A DNA stretch of 47,837 bases from Eubacteriales bacterium (GCA_045577475.1 JAZNIM010000045.1:1-47837), one strand, 5' to 3'. Positions 8,821-18,360 are shown, counted from the stretch's first letter. The notes: generated by a model not told the origin, from the sequence alone. Numbers and translations are program-made.

Positions 8821-8835
8821 GTGCAACCGATTGCA
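8821..8835. promoter_or_regulatory. LacI-type operator 2
   Basis: GTGCAACCGATTGCA, identical to operator 1, upstream of the transporter gene. Confidence 0.72.
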
Positions 8836-8848
8836 ATAGGAAGAAATT

Positions 8849-9700
8849 ATGTTGTTTGTTCAAACTATTATATCAATATCGTCTATGGTTCTTCAGAACT
8901 GCCTCTTTAATAATATATGCAAAAAGGAACTAACAACAAATAATCACATATACAGATTTAACATGATTATGTATGCTGTGTGTATAGCGTTGTTTGGAAT
9001 AGCTGTTTTGGGCGGACAAGTGTCTTTTTTTACAGTCGCTTTGGGACTTTTGTTTGGAGTAGTTACCGCACTCAGTAATTTATATAAAATGCGTGCTCTG
9101 ACTTCAGGTCCGATGCATATCACACTTTTGGTAACAACATCTTCTATGATTATTCCTACGATGTCCGGAATATTTTTCGGAGAAAGATTCAGTGTTTTAA
9201 AACTGATTTTAGTAGGAATTTTAATAGGATTTATATTTTTATCATTTGATAAAACTGACAATAAGAAAGCAAACGGAAAATGGCTGTTTTTCTGTGTGCT
9301 GGCATTCCTATTCCAGGGAAGTGTTGGCGTATTACAGAAAATACATCAATCCTCTGCATGCAAAGGTGAGCTGAACGGATTTTTGCTTGTTGCATTCGTT
9401 TGCTCGCTCATTTACAGCAGAATAAGAGCACAAAAAAACTACAGAGAATTAAAATTCGGAAAAAAGCATATTATTTTTGCTATTGTGTGTGGTGTTTGTA
9501 CATATCTTATGAATTTTTTAAACCTGAAATTATCCGGATTGCTTCCGAGCCAGTTGTTTTTTCCGCTTGTAAACGGAAGTGCGATTGTTTTAAGCTCGTT
9601 GATGTCTGTGCTGATTTTTAAAGAACATCTTTCAAAGAAGCAAATTGTAGGTCTTGTTGGAGGAATAACATCATTAATTTTAATATGTTTTGTTGGATAA
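8849..9700 (+). CDS. EamA/DMT family transporter
   Basis: About 10 hydrophobic segments in two repeats ending in FFGERFS and IFKEHLS. Confidence 0.82.
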   Translation: MLFVQTIISISSMVLQNCLFNNICKKELTTNNHIYRFNMIMYAVCIALFGIAVLGGQVSFFTVALGLLFGVVTALSNLYKMRALTSGPMHITLLVTTSSMIIPTMSGIFFGERFSVLKLILVGILIGFIFLSFDKTDNKKANGKWLFFCVLAFLFQGSVGVLQKIHQSSACKGELNGFLLVAFVCSLIYSRIRAQKNYRELKFGKKHIIFAIVCGVCTYLMNFLNLKLSGLLPSQLFFPLVNGSAIVLSSLMSVLIFKEHLSKKQIVGLVGGITSLILICFVG

Positions 9701-9757
9701 AAAAAGGTATTATGATAAAGAAGTTTATATTACATTATGAAAAACGGAAAGGAAGAA

Positions 9758-10582
9758 ATGATAATGAACCGGACACCACCATGGGAAGGGAGATTCCCGG
9801 CAGTAAAGATATTTGGGAATTTGTATTTTGTGGGAACAAAACCTGCATCAACCCATATTATTGATACCGGAGAAGGTCTTATAATGCTGGACAGCGGATA
9901 TCAGCATTCATTATACAGTGTGATTGACGGAATTTACAATGTAGGTCTTGATGCTCATGACTTAAAATATATTATACATACTCACGGACATATCGACCAC
10001 TTTGGTGCAACGAGAGCACTTGTGGAGCTTACAGGTGCAAAAACATTTTTGGGTGAGGCGGACAGACAGTATGCAAACGGGGAGCTGGATTTATCGTATG
10101 CAAAAGAGCTTGATATGGAATTTAACGAAATATTTGAGCCCGATATTTTAGTGAATGACGGTGATATAATTGAGCTTGGAAATACAAAAATTAAAGCTGT
10201 AGCAACACCGGGGCATACACCGGGGGCAATGTCATATTTTTTCGATGTTACAAACGGAAAAGATACTTTTCGGGCGGGGCTTCATGGTGGCATGGGGATA
10301 AATACCCTTTGCAGGGAATTCCTTGATAAATATAATCTTCCGTATACTTTGAGGGATGATTTTAAACTGTCAATGCTCAGGCTTAATGAGGAAAAGGTTG
10401 ACATATTCTTAGGCAACCATATGCAACATAATCGTACTGAAGAAAAAGCAGAAAAAGTAAGAAACGGAGAAGAATATGCGTTTGTTAATCCGGATGAATG
10501 GGCAAAATATAATCTATGGTGCATCAAAAATCTTGAAAAAATGATAGAAATGGAGAATAAAAATAATGAAACCAAGCTTTAG
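9758..10582 (+). CDS. Metallo-beta-lactamase fold hydrolase, subclass B3-like
   Basis: KIFGNLYFVG, HTHGHIDH, TPGHTPG and LGNH motifs; ORF is open from 9737, RBS favours 9758 or 9764. Confidence 0.85.
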   Translation: MIMNRTPPWEGRFPAVKIFGNLYFVGTKPASTHIIDTGEGLIMLDSGYQHSLYSVIDGIYNVGLDAHDLKYIIHTHGHIDHFGATRALVELTGAKTFLGEADRQYANGELDLSYAKELDMEFNEIFEPDILVNDGDIIELGNTKIKAVATPGHTPGAMSYFFDVTNGKDTFRAGLHGGMGINTLCREFLDKYNLPYTLRDDFKLSMLRLNEEKVDIFLGNHMQHNRTEEKAEKVRNGEEYAFVNPDEWAKYNLWCIKNLEKMIEMENKNNETKL

Positions 10583-12452
10583 TTTTAAGTATGATGAAAA
10601 AGAATTTTTGTTAGAAAGTAACCAAGCGTATGAAATTGAAAAAGGTATTATTGTAACACCTGTAATTAAAGAATATAATGACTTGAATGCTATAGAGTGG
10701 GTTTTGTATTTTGAAAATAAGTCAGATAAAAACAGCGGAATCTTTTCAGATATTTTTGATTGTGACTCACTGTTACCACTTAAAATACCGGATATAAAAA
10801 GACCGGGTTATATGCCAAAAAGCGGTGATGCTTGTATCATAACAATGAATGGTATGGTTGATGGCAGATATTACTGGGAAAATGACAAAAAAAGTGCAAT
10901 GGAATACTGCTTTAATTATGAGTATCTTGATAAGGCGGCAAATCTTACCAAAAGCTTTGCTAATGTTGGCGGACGTTCAAGTGATGGAACAATGCCGTTT
11001 TTCGATGTAACAGCTCTTGAAGCCGGATATATTGCGGCGATTGGATGGACAGGCGACTGGAAAGCGGAATTTACGAAGAAAGATAATGGAATTCGGATTA
11101 AAACAGGATTAAAAGAAACAGAATTCTATTTAAAATCGGGTGAAAAAATTCGTACTTCTTCAATTCTTATTATGAAATATAATAATGGTGAGGATAAGCA
11201 TAACAAATTCCGAAAACTTATAAAAAATCATTTTTCACATAAAAGCTGTACATATGCTGAACGTGATGCTCTTATGGCATGTGAACTTTGGGGCGGTCTT
11301 ACAAGTGAAGAAATGAAAAAGAGAATAAATGAATTTAAAAAATATGATATAAAGTTTGAGGATGTATGGTTGGATGCAGGCTGGTACGGAAATTGCATAA
11401 AATGCGACGAAGCTTTCAGTGGTGATTGGGGAGAGCATACCGGAGAATGGGAAGTAAACAAGCGTGTGCATCCTCAGGAGTTAAAAGATGTTTCGGATTG
11501 TGCAAAAGAAGCAGGAATGCAGCTTATGCTTTGGTTTGAGCCAGAAAGAGTAATAGAAGGAACACCGATAACAAAAGCGCATCCAGAATGGTTTATGGAA
11601 TTACCGGGCAGAAATGATAAAATTCTTAATTATGGAAATGATGAGGCAACGAAATATGTGTGTCAGCTACTTGAGAGGTATGTAAAAAATCTCGGTTTGT
11701 CGTGCTACAGACAGGATTTTAATACATCACTCACAAGCTATTTTAAAGCAAATGATGAAGAAAACCGCCGTGGTATTACTGAAATCAAACACATTACGGG
11801 AATGTATAATGTGTGGGATTATCTGCTTGAAAAATTCCCTGGTCTTATTATAGATAACTGTTCGTCCGGCGGAAGAAGAATTGATATAGAAACCTTAAAA
11901 CGTTCTATTCCGTTCTTCAGAAGTGATTATCAGTGTAATTTCAACGAAAATCCTGAGGTTTTGCAGACGCACAACTCTAACATATCATGTTATTTGCCAT
12001 ATAATGGCTGTACAAGCAAAACAAAAAATGACACCTATGCTATAAGAAGCTCGTATTCCTCAAGCTGGGGCGGTGCATTTTACAATGCTATATTCCAGAG
12101 CATGGATGAAGAAGATTTTGCATGGGCGAAAAAAATAACCGACGAATACAGAAGTATCCGAAAATATTTCTCTATGAATTTTTATAATCACGGTTCATAT
12201 TGCTTTGATGATACATCCTGGGCAATATGGCAGTATCATGATGCTGATTCGGGAAGCGGCATTGTAATGGCTTTTAGACGGTGCCAATCACCGTTTGATA
12301 CTGTAAAAATAAGATTAAAAGGACTTTTAGACGGTAAAAACTATACCTACAAAAATCTGGATGACAATACCGCGTTTATTGCAACTGACATTTTAGAAAT
12401 CACCTTACCTCATAAGAGGAGTTCTACAATTTTTGAATATGTAACAAAATAA
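10566..12452 (+). CDS. Alpha-galactosidase-like glycoside hydrolase (GH36)
   Basis: WLDAGWY, LWFEPER, RQDFN (nucleophile), NCSSGGRRID and RSD (acid/base) motifs. Confidence 0.85.
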   Translation: MKPSFSFKYDEKEFLLESNQAYEIEKGIIVTPVIKEYNDLNAIEWVLYFENKSDKNSGIFSDIFDCDSLLPLKIPDIKRPGYMPKSGDACIITMNGMVDGRYYWENDKKSAMEYCFNYEYLDKAANLTKSFANVGGRSSDGTMPFFDVTALEAGYIAAIGWTGDWKAEFTKKDNGIRIKTGLKETEFYLKSGEKIRTSSILIMKYNNGEDKHNKFRKLIKNHFSHKSCTYAERDALMACELWGGLTSEEMKKRINEFKKYDIKFEDVWLDAGWYGNCIKCDEAFSGDWGEHTGEWEVNKRVHPQELKDVSDCAKEAGMQLMLWFEPERVIEGTPITKAHPEWFMELPGRNDKILNYGNDEATKYVCQLLERYVKNLGLSCYRQDFNTSLTSYFKANDEENRRGITEIKHITGMYNVWDYLLEKFPGLIIDNCSSGGRRIDIETLKRSIPFFRSDYQCNFNENPEVLQTHNSNISCYLPYNGCTSKTKNDTYAIRSSYSSSWGGAFYNAIFQSMDEEDFAWAKKITDEYRSIRKYFSMNFYNHGSYCFDDTSWAIWQYHDADSGSGIVMAFRRCQSPFDTVKIRLKGLLDGKNYTYKNLDDNTAFIATDILEITLPHKRSSTIFEYVTK

Positions 12453-12489
12453 AAAATGGTTGTATCGTCGTACGGTACAACCATTTTTA
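12453..12489 (+). terminator. Intrinsic terminator at the right end of the cassette
   Basis: AAAAATGGTTGTA...TACAACCATTTTT stem. Confidence 0.75.
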
Positions 12490-12595
12490 TGTCCTTAAGA
12501 GTACATGGCATAATTGACAGCTTTTTTATTGACTCAGAATAAATCTCTGCAAAACCTCACAAGATAAGCATATTAAATTAAGTGAGGAAAACAAA

Positions 12596-13357
12596 ATGAA
12601 CAAAAACTTTTTCAACTCAGAGCAAGCGGAAGACCAAAACAACGAAAAAAACAAACAGGACAGCGGTGAAAAACTCCCCTCGGATATTGATTCAATACGC
12701 TCGCTGGGTTCTGTAACAACGGATAACGGCTCGGCAAAAATCCATACTCTTGTTATTGCAGGGCAGATTGAAGGACACTATGAGCTTCCCAGTGCCACAA
12801 AAAGCACAAAGTACGAGCATGTAATCCCCCTTCTTGTGGAGGTTGAGGAAAACGACGGCATTGACGGACTGCTTATAATTCTAAACACCGTCGGCGGAGA
12901 TGTGGAGGCGGGACTTGCACTTGCAGAGCTTATTTCGGGCATGACAAAGCCAACCGTTTCATTGGTTCTCGGCGGAGGGCATTCCATCGGAGTTCCATTA
13001 GCGGTATCGGCAAAAAAATCCTTTATCGTCCCTTCCGCCACAATGACAATTCATCCCGTGAGAACCAGCGGAACGGTTATCGGTGTGCCTCAGGCGTTTA
13101 CGTATCTAAGGAAGATGCAGGAGAGAATATCGGATTTTATAGTGAAAAACTCGGATATTTCCCTTGAAAGACTTAACACTCTTATGCTTGAAACAGACGA
13201 GCTTGCTGCGGATATAGGAACGGTTATTGACGGCTTGACGGCGGTAAACGAAGGGCTTATAGACGAAGTGGGCGGCTTGGGACAGGCTTTGTCGGCACTT
13301 AAAGAAATGGTAAGCAATGGCAAAAAAAGTGCTTCCTCGTCGGTTGAGGAAGCATAG
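12596..13357 (+). CDS. tepA: ClpP-like translocation-enhancing protein TepA
   Basis: GQIEGH, TKYEHVIP, LNTVGGDVEAGLA, SLVLGGGHSIG and IHP motifs. Confidence 0.85.
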   Translation: MNKNFFNSEQAEDQNNEKNKQDSGEKLPSDIDSIRSLGSVTTDNGSAKIHTLVIAGQIEGHYELPSATKSTKYEHVIPLLVEVEENDGIDGLLIILNTVGGDVEAGLALAELISGMTKPTVSLVLGGGHSIGVPLAVSAKKSFIVPSATMTIHPVRTSGTVIGVPQAFTYLRKMQERISDFIVKNSDISLERLNTLMLETDELAADIGTVIDGLTAVNEGLIDEVGGLGQALSALKEMVSNGKKSASSSVEEA

Positions 13358-13431
13358 CATAAAATAATGTTCCGAGTCCGGAAAAAACAGGTCAAAGCAA
13401 CTTTGTTTTCAGAACTCTGCAACAGCCGTTA

Positions 13432-13956
13432 TCAGAACCATTCGTGAACACACAGGGGACAAACCTCGGGGTGGGTGTTGCCTGTAACGGTGTATCCGCA
13501 TACGGGACAGCGGAAAGAAGTGTTGGCATCCCATATCTTACTGCCGTCAAGATCCGACATTCTCTCACCCATTCTGTCCGCATGGTCATTCTTAACGGAT
13601 GCCGCCATGCGGAATTTGTCTGCAATTTCGTGAAAGCCCTCTTCCTCGGCTATGCGTGCCATATCGGAATACATGGGATTGTCTAATGCCTTTGAAATAT
13701 CCGAAAGCCTTGCAAGATTTTCAACCGTATCCTCAATTTCATCAAGATATCCCAGCCACAGCTCGCCATGACTTACGTCGTTGTCGTGCATCTCATCAAG
13801 CATTCGTCTTGTGGAAGCGTCCCCGCTGCGCTCTGCTTCCTTTGAATATATACTGCCACGCACCGCCGCCGCTGCTTCATGCTCAAAGGCACGCATGAGG
13901 TTGTCGGCGGTTTTTGTGCCGTCAAGTGCTTTATGGGATGATGTATTGTTATTCAT
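13432..13956 (-). CDS. Rubrerythrin family protein with degenerate diiron site
   Basis: TADNLMRAF, EEEGFHEIA and C-terminal CPVCG...CPLC rubredoxin domain; ATG 13956 follows GGAGG. Confidence 0.78.
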   Translation of the reverse strand: MNNNTSSHKALDGTKTADNLMRAFEHEAAAAVRGSIYSKEAERSGDASTRRMLDEMHDNDVSHGELWLGYLDEIEDTVENLARLSDISKALDNPMYSDMARIAEEEGFHEIADKFRMAASVKNDHADRMGERMSDLDGSKIWDANTSFRCPVCGYTVTGNTHPEVCPLCVHEWF

Positions 13957-14034
13957 GAAAAAGTCCTCCGCAACAAAAAATTGAGGGAGCATCAACGTCC
14001 CTCAATTCAGTATATGCCACTTTTTGCCTGTGTG

Positions 14035-14991
14035 TTAAAGTCTGTTTTTCTTTATGTAGTCGGCAAGTCCCTCGCCAAAGAGCTTGCTTCCTATGCCGTT
14101 TGGATGTACATGGTCGCAGAAATAAGGCTTGACGGGAGGTACAAACACCGTTCCGTCAATTACATGAAACAGCGGATATTTTTCACAAGCTTTTCTGATA
14201 TAATCCCTTGCCTCGTAAATTCCCTCCATGTCAAGTCGGCTAAGAGGCGTGATTACGTTTACGGGTGTTTCGGGATACAGCTTTGCCAGCTTTTCAAAGA
14301 ATGTATCCACACTGTCATGAAACTCAGGCTTCAGCTTGTCGTTTGTGCCGAGAGCCACAAAGATTTTGTCAAATTTTCCTTCAAGAGGACACAGAATGTC
14401 GCTTATAAAGCCGTAGCCGCCGATACCCTGATTAAGTACATCCAAACCCAGTATTCTTTTTACAACGCTCACATAACCGTAGCTCCCAAGAGCCGAGCCG
14501 TAGCCCTGTGTGATGGAGTCGCCTATCCACAGAACACGGGGACACTTGTCCTTTTTGATTGAAGAATATGAGCCGTTTATTGTAAGGTTCTTTATAAACA
14601 GCGTACAGTCGGTGGGAAAATACATGCACACCTTTTTGCCTTTTCCTTCGGGAAGAAGGTATTCAAGATGTCCCTTGCCGTATTTTGTTTCCTTGTCGGC
14701 AATATCCTCGATTTTTGTTGAATGGTGCATTTCGCCGTCAACAAACACGTCAATGCTGTCCCAAAAGGCAATGTTAGTGACTATAAAGTCAAAGCTGAAT
14801 TTATCTGCATCCGTTTTGAATTCAAGGGTGATGCCTGCACTTCCTAAAAGTCTGTAGTGATACGGGTTGCCCACGGGATGCGCTTCAAGCTGCTCATCGC
14901 TGAAGCGGTATGCTTCAAGAAAACCGTTGTTTTCCTTGAACTGATATGCTCCGAAAATCAGTTTTTTAACTGTATTGTTTGACAGTTTCAT
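14035..14991 (-). CDS. SGNH/GDSL hydrolase
   Basis: GDSITQG, NQGIGG, GTND and DHVHPN blocks. Confidence 0.88.
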   Translation of the reverse strand: MKLSNNTVKKLIFGAYQFKENNGFLEAYRFSDEQLEAHPVGNPYHYRLLGSAGITLEFKTDADKFSFDFIVTNIAFWDSIDVFVDGEMHHSTKIEDIADKETKYGKGHLEYLLPEGKGKKVCMYFPTDCTLFIKNLTINGSYSSIKKDKCPRVLWIGDSITQGYGSALGSYGYVSVVKRILGLDVLNQGIGGYGFISDILCPLEGKFDKIFVALGTNDKLKPEFHDSVDTFFEKLAKLYPETPVNVITPLSRLDMEGIYEARDYIRKACEKYPLFHVIDGTVFVPPVKPYFCDHVHPNGIGSKLFGEGLADYIKKNRL

Positions 14992-15001
14992 GCAATCGTC
15001 C

Positions 15002-15958
15002 TCACTTACTTTTTGTTTTTAAAACAGCGGCAAGTCTTGTTCCGTAGTATTCACAGCCCAGAGCATTGGGATGCACAACATCCGCAACATATGGCTTTGC
15101 AGGAGGCAGAAGCGCACCGCCGTCAATAACGGTAACGTTTTCGTACTTGCTTCCAACGGATGTAATATGCTCTCTTGCCTCAACAATTCCCGTCATATCG
15201 GGACGCCAAACGGGAGTTATGAGGTATACGGGAACGCCTTTGTACATATCTGTAAGCTTTTTAACAAATTTTTCTACGTTTTCCTTAAATTCGGGACTCA
15301 GCTTGTCATTTGTGCCGTAGGCAACAACTATTTTGTCGGGTTTATAATCCAACTTTGTAAGAATGGCACTGTAAAAGCCGTAACCGCCTATGCCTTGGTT
15401 GAGCACATTCCAGTCAAGTATTCTGTTTGCAACGTGAACATAAGTATAGCTGCCAAGTGCCGAGCCGTAGCCCTGTGTAATTGAGTCACCAAGCCATAAG
15501 ACAGCAGGCTTTTTGTCCTTCTTCACAGCGCTGTAGCTTCCGAAAATTTCAAGATTCTTTATAAACATTGTGCTCTCGCAGGGAAAGTACATGCAAACCT
15601 TTTTGTTTTTGCCTGCAGGCAGAGTAAATTCAAGATGTCCCTTGTGTCTTACCTTATATTCCACAAGGTCGTGAACCTCAGCAGAAGCAGTCATTTCGCC
15701 GTTGACGTATACATCAACGGTGTCCCATGAGCATATAAGAGGAAAATAATAGTCAAAGCCGAATTTTTCTGCATCCGTCTTGAATTCAAGGGTAAGTCCG
15801 CCGGAGTTTATTATTCTGTTATACCAGACCTCATTTTTCACTTTATACAGGTCAAGCTGTTCGTCGCTGAAGCGGTAAGGCTCAAGATAGCCTGCGTTTT
15901 CCTTAAACTGATATGCACCGAAAATCAGCTTTTTAATGGAATTTCTTGAAAGCTTCAA
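15002..15958 (-). CDS. SGNH/GDSL hydrolase (tandem paralogue)
   Basis: GDSITQG, NQGIGG, GTND and DVVHPN blocks; TTG start after GAGGTG. Confidence 0.88.
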   Translation of the reverse strand: MKLSRNSIKKLIFGAYQFKENAGYLEPYRFSDEQLDLYKVKNEVWYNRIINSGGLTLEFKTDAEKFGFDYYFPLICSWDTVDVYVNGEMTASAEVHDLVEYKVRHKGHLEFTLPAGKNKKVCMYFPCESTMFIKNLEIFGSYSAVKKDKKPAVLWLGDSITQGYGSALGSYTYVHVANRILDWNVLNQGIGGYGFYSAILTKLDYKPDKIVVAYGTNDKLSPEFKENVEKFVKKLTDMYKGVPVYLITPVWRPDMTGIVEAREHITSVGSKYENVTVIDGGALLPPAKPYVADVVHPNALGCEYYGTRLAAVLKTKSK

Positions 15959-16065
15959 ATCTTACACCTCTTTCAAATTTTTCTGTATTATAACACGGTT
16001 TTTCTCAATTGTAAATGTGTTTTTTTATAAAAGTGATGTTATTTTGTAATTTGTGAAAAATAATA

Positions 16066-16094
16066 TTGCAAACCGATTATTTGTGTGCTATAAT
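16066..16094 (+). promoter_or_regulatory. Sigma-A promoter of GNAT-gltX-glnS operon
   Basis: TTGCAA-17 bp-TATAAT with extended -10 TG. Confidence 0.7.
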
Positions 16095-16125
16095 ATGATG
16101 TAAAAATTTAAAAGGATAGGTGTAA

Positions 16126-16662
16126 GTGTTGGAAATTGTAGAGCTTGACAGAAAAAAATACGACTACTTTGAACTGCATTATCACTACGAAACAGACGAA
16201 TACTACGAAGTGGTTTCCAAAAGCACAAGGGAAGAAATGAGTGTAAAGTTTCTGCGTAAAAAATTCCCCGAAAAAGTGGTTTACGACAACATCGATACGC
16301 TTTTTCAGGAATACTGGAACAATCCGAGAGCCTTTGGAGTCAAGGACGATGACGGCAGCATTGTTGCTTATCTTGAATTTGACACCGAGGAGTGGAACAA
16401 CCGCCTTGTTATGACACAGCTTCTTGTCAAGGAAGAATGCCGAGGCAAGGGTGTGGGACGGATGTTAGTGGATTTCGTCAAGGATTTTGCCATCCGTGAG
16501 GATTACAGAATAATCACCCTTGAAACCCAGAATACCAACATTCCCGCAATTGATTTTTACTTCAAAATGGGCTTTGAGTTCTGCGGAAGCAACATATTCT
16601 TCTACTCCAACGACGACATAGGCGAAAACGAGGTAATGCTTGAAATGGCAATTACCCTTTAA
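16126..16662 (+). CDS. GNAT family N-acetyltransferase
   Basis: RGKGVGRML and LETQNTNIPAIDFYFKMGF motifs. Confidence 0.88.
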   Translation: MLEIVELDRKKYDYFELHYHYETDEYYEVVSKSTREEMSVKFLRKKFPEKVVYDNIDTLFQEYWNNPRAFGVKDDDGSIVAYLEFDTEEWNNRLVMTQLLVKEECRGKGVGRMLVDFVKDFAIREDYRIITLETQNTNIPAIDFYFKMGFEFCGSNIFFYSNDDIGENEVMLEMAITL

Positions 16663-16692
16663 TAAGTAACACAACGAAAGGACATAGATAAA

Positions 16693-18360
16693 ATGGACAA
16701 CAATCTTTTAAAGCTTTCACAGCTTATTTTCCCCGACCTCACAGACGAGGACACAGTTGAGTCCCTTGAAGCTCTTTTCCCCGAAAGAGGCTTGAAGGAG
16801 GGTGCAAAGGTAACAAGAATCGCACCCAGCCCCACAGGCTCAATGCACATCGGTAATCTTTACGGTGCTCTTGCCGACGAAAGAATTGCACACACGGCAA
16901 CCGATGACGGCGTGTTTTATCTCAGAATTGAGGACACCGATGACAAAAGAGAGGTTCCCGGTGCTGTTGAAAAAATCATAAAGTATCTCGGTGCGTTCGG
17001 CATTGAATTTGACGAAGGTGCTTCCGCCGAGGGTGACAAGGGCACATACGGTCCTTACAGACAAAGACAGAGAGCTAAATATTATCATATCGTTGCAAGA
17101 AAGCTTCTTCTTGAAGGCAGAGCATACCCCTGCTTCTGTACGGAGGATGACTTAAAGGCAGCACACGAGGCTCAGGAGGCTGCAAAAGAAAACTTCGGCT
17201 ATTACGGCAAGTGGGCAAAGCACAGAGATATGTCCGTTGACGAGGCTATTGAAAAAATACAAAACGGCGAAAGCTTTGTTTTAAGATTCAGAAGTCTTGG
17301 CGACCCGTCAAAGAAGGTTGATTTCAAGGATCAGATAAAGGGCAAGCTCTCCTTCCCCGAAAACGATCAGGACTTTGTTCTTCTCAAGTCCGACGGTATT
17401 CCCACCTACCACTTTGCACATGTTGTTGACGACCACTTTATGAGAACAACAGACGTGGTACGCGGCGAAGAATGGCTGTCAACACTTCCCTGGCATGTTG
17501 AATTGTGGAGGGCCTGCGGCTTTAAGATGCCCAGATTCTGCCACACAGCACAGGTTATGAAGCTTGACGAGGAAACAGGCACAAAGAGAAAGATGTCTAA
17601 GCGCAAAGACCCCGAATGTACTCTCGGCTTCTATTTTGAAAAAGGTTATCCCGCAAAGAGCGTTATTGAATATCTCATGACACTTCTCAACTCTAACTTT
17701 GAGCAGTGGAGAAGTGCAAACAAGGAGGCCTCCTACAAGGAATTCCCCTTCAAGGCTTCCAACATGGGAAATTCCGGTGCGATGTTCGACCTTGCAAAGT
17801 TCAACGACGTATCAAAGAACATCATTGCAAGCATGAGTGCAGACGAGGTTTATGAAGGCGTAACAGCCTGGGCAAAAGAAAACGACGAAGAATTTTATGG
17901 AATGCTTACAGAGGACGAAAGCTATGCAAAAGCATACTTTGCCATCGGCAGAGGCGGCAAAAAGCCGAGAAAGGACTTTGCATGCTGGAGTGAAGTAAAG
18001 AGCTTTGTTGCATACTACTATGACAGCCTCTTTACTCTTGAGGAAGCCTTCCCCGAATCTGTTTGCAATGAGGACAGAAAGGCAATTCTCGCAGATTATG
18101 CCTCTCTTTACGATGAAAACGATGACAACAACGCATGGTTTGAAAAAATCAAGACTCTTTGCGACAAATATGGCTACACAAGCGATATGAAGGCTTACAA
18201 GGAAAATCCCGATGCCTTCAAGGGAAGCATCACAGACGTAAGTAATGTTATAAGAGTTGCAGTTACAGGCAGAACAAACTCACCTGACCTTTGCTCACTC
18301 ATGAAGGTTCTCGGCAAGGACAAGGTTATTGCAAGAATAAATTCCGCTGCTGCACTTTAA
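16693..18360 (+). CDS. gltX: Glutamate--tRNA ligase
   Basis: RIAPSPTG, HIGN, LRIEDTD, RGEEW and KMSKR motifs. Confidence 0.95.
   Translation: MDNNLLKLSQLIFPDLTDEDTVESLEALFPERGLKEGAKVTRIAPSPTGSMHIGNLYGALADERIAHTATDDGVFYLRIEDTDDKREVPGAVEKIIKYLGAFGIEFDEGASAEGDKGTYGPYRQRQRAKYYHIVARKLLLEGRAYPCFCTEDDLKAAHEAQEAAKENFGYYGKWAKHRDMSVDEAIEKIQNGESFVLRFRSLGDPSKKVDFKDQIKGKLSFPENDQDFVLLKSDGIPTYHFAHVVDDHFMRTTDVVRGEEWLSTLPWHVELWRACGFKMPRFCHTAQVMKLDEETGTKRKMSKRKDPECTLGFYFEKGYPAKSVIEYLMTLLNSNFEQWRSANKEASYKEFPFKASNMGNSGAMFDLAKFNDVSKNIIASMSADEVYEGVTAWAKENDEEFYGMLTEDESYAKAYFAIGRGGKKPRKDFACWSEVKSFVAYYYDSLFTLEEAFPESVCNEDRKAILADYASLYDENDDNNAWFEKIKTLCDKYGYTSDMKAYKENPDAFKGSITDVSNVIRVAVTGRTNSPDLCSLMKVLGKDKVIARINSAAAL

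Larger units (their letters stand above)
7543..12510. mobile_element. AT-rich non-autonomous cargo cassette with 21-bp imperfect inverted ends and TA duplication
   Basis: Left end TGAGGCGTACTCGTAAGGACA; right end reverse complement TGCCATGTACTCTTAAGGACA; TA on both sides; visibly AT-rich codon usage; no recombinase inside. Confidence 0.75.

Noticed and set aside
16126-16662. Streptothricin acetyltransferase resistance gene
   Set aside because: Motifs support only a generic GNAT, and it lies in a housekeeping operon with host-like composition.
16560-16692. T-box leader for gltX/glnS
   Set aside because: The intergenic gap is only 30 bp and no T-box consensus was seen.
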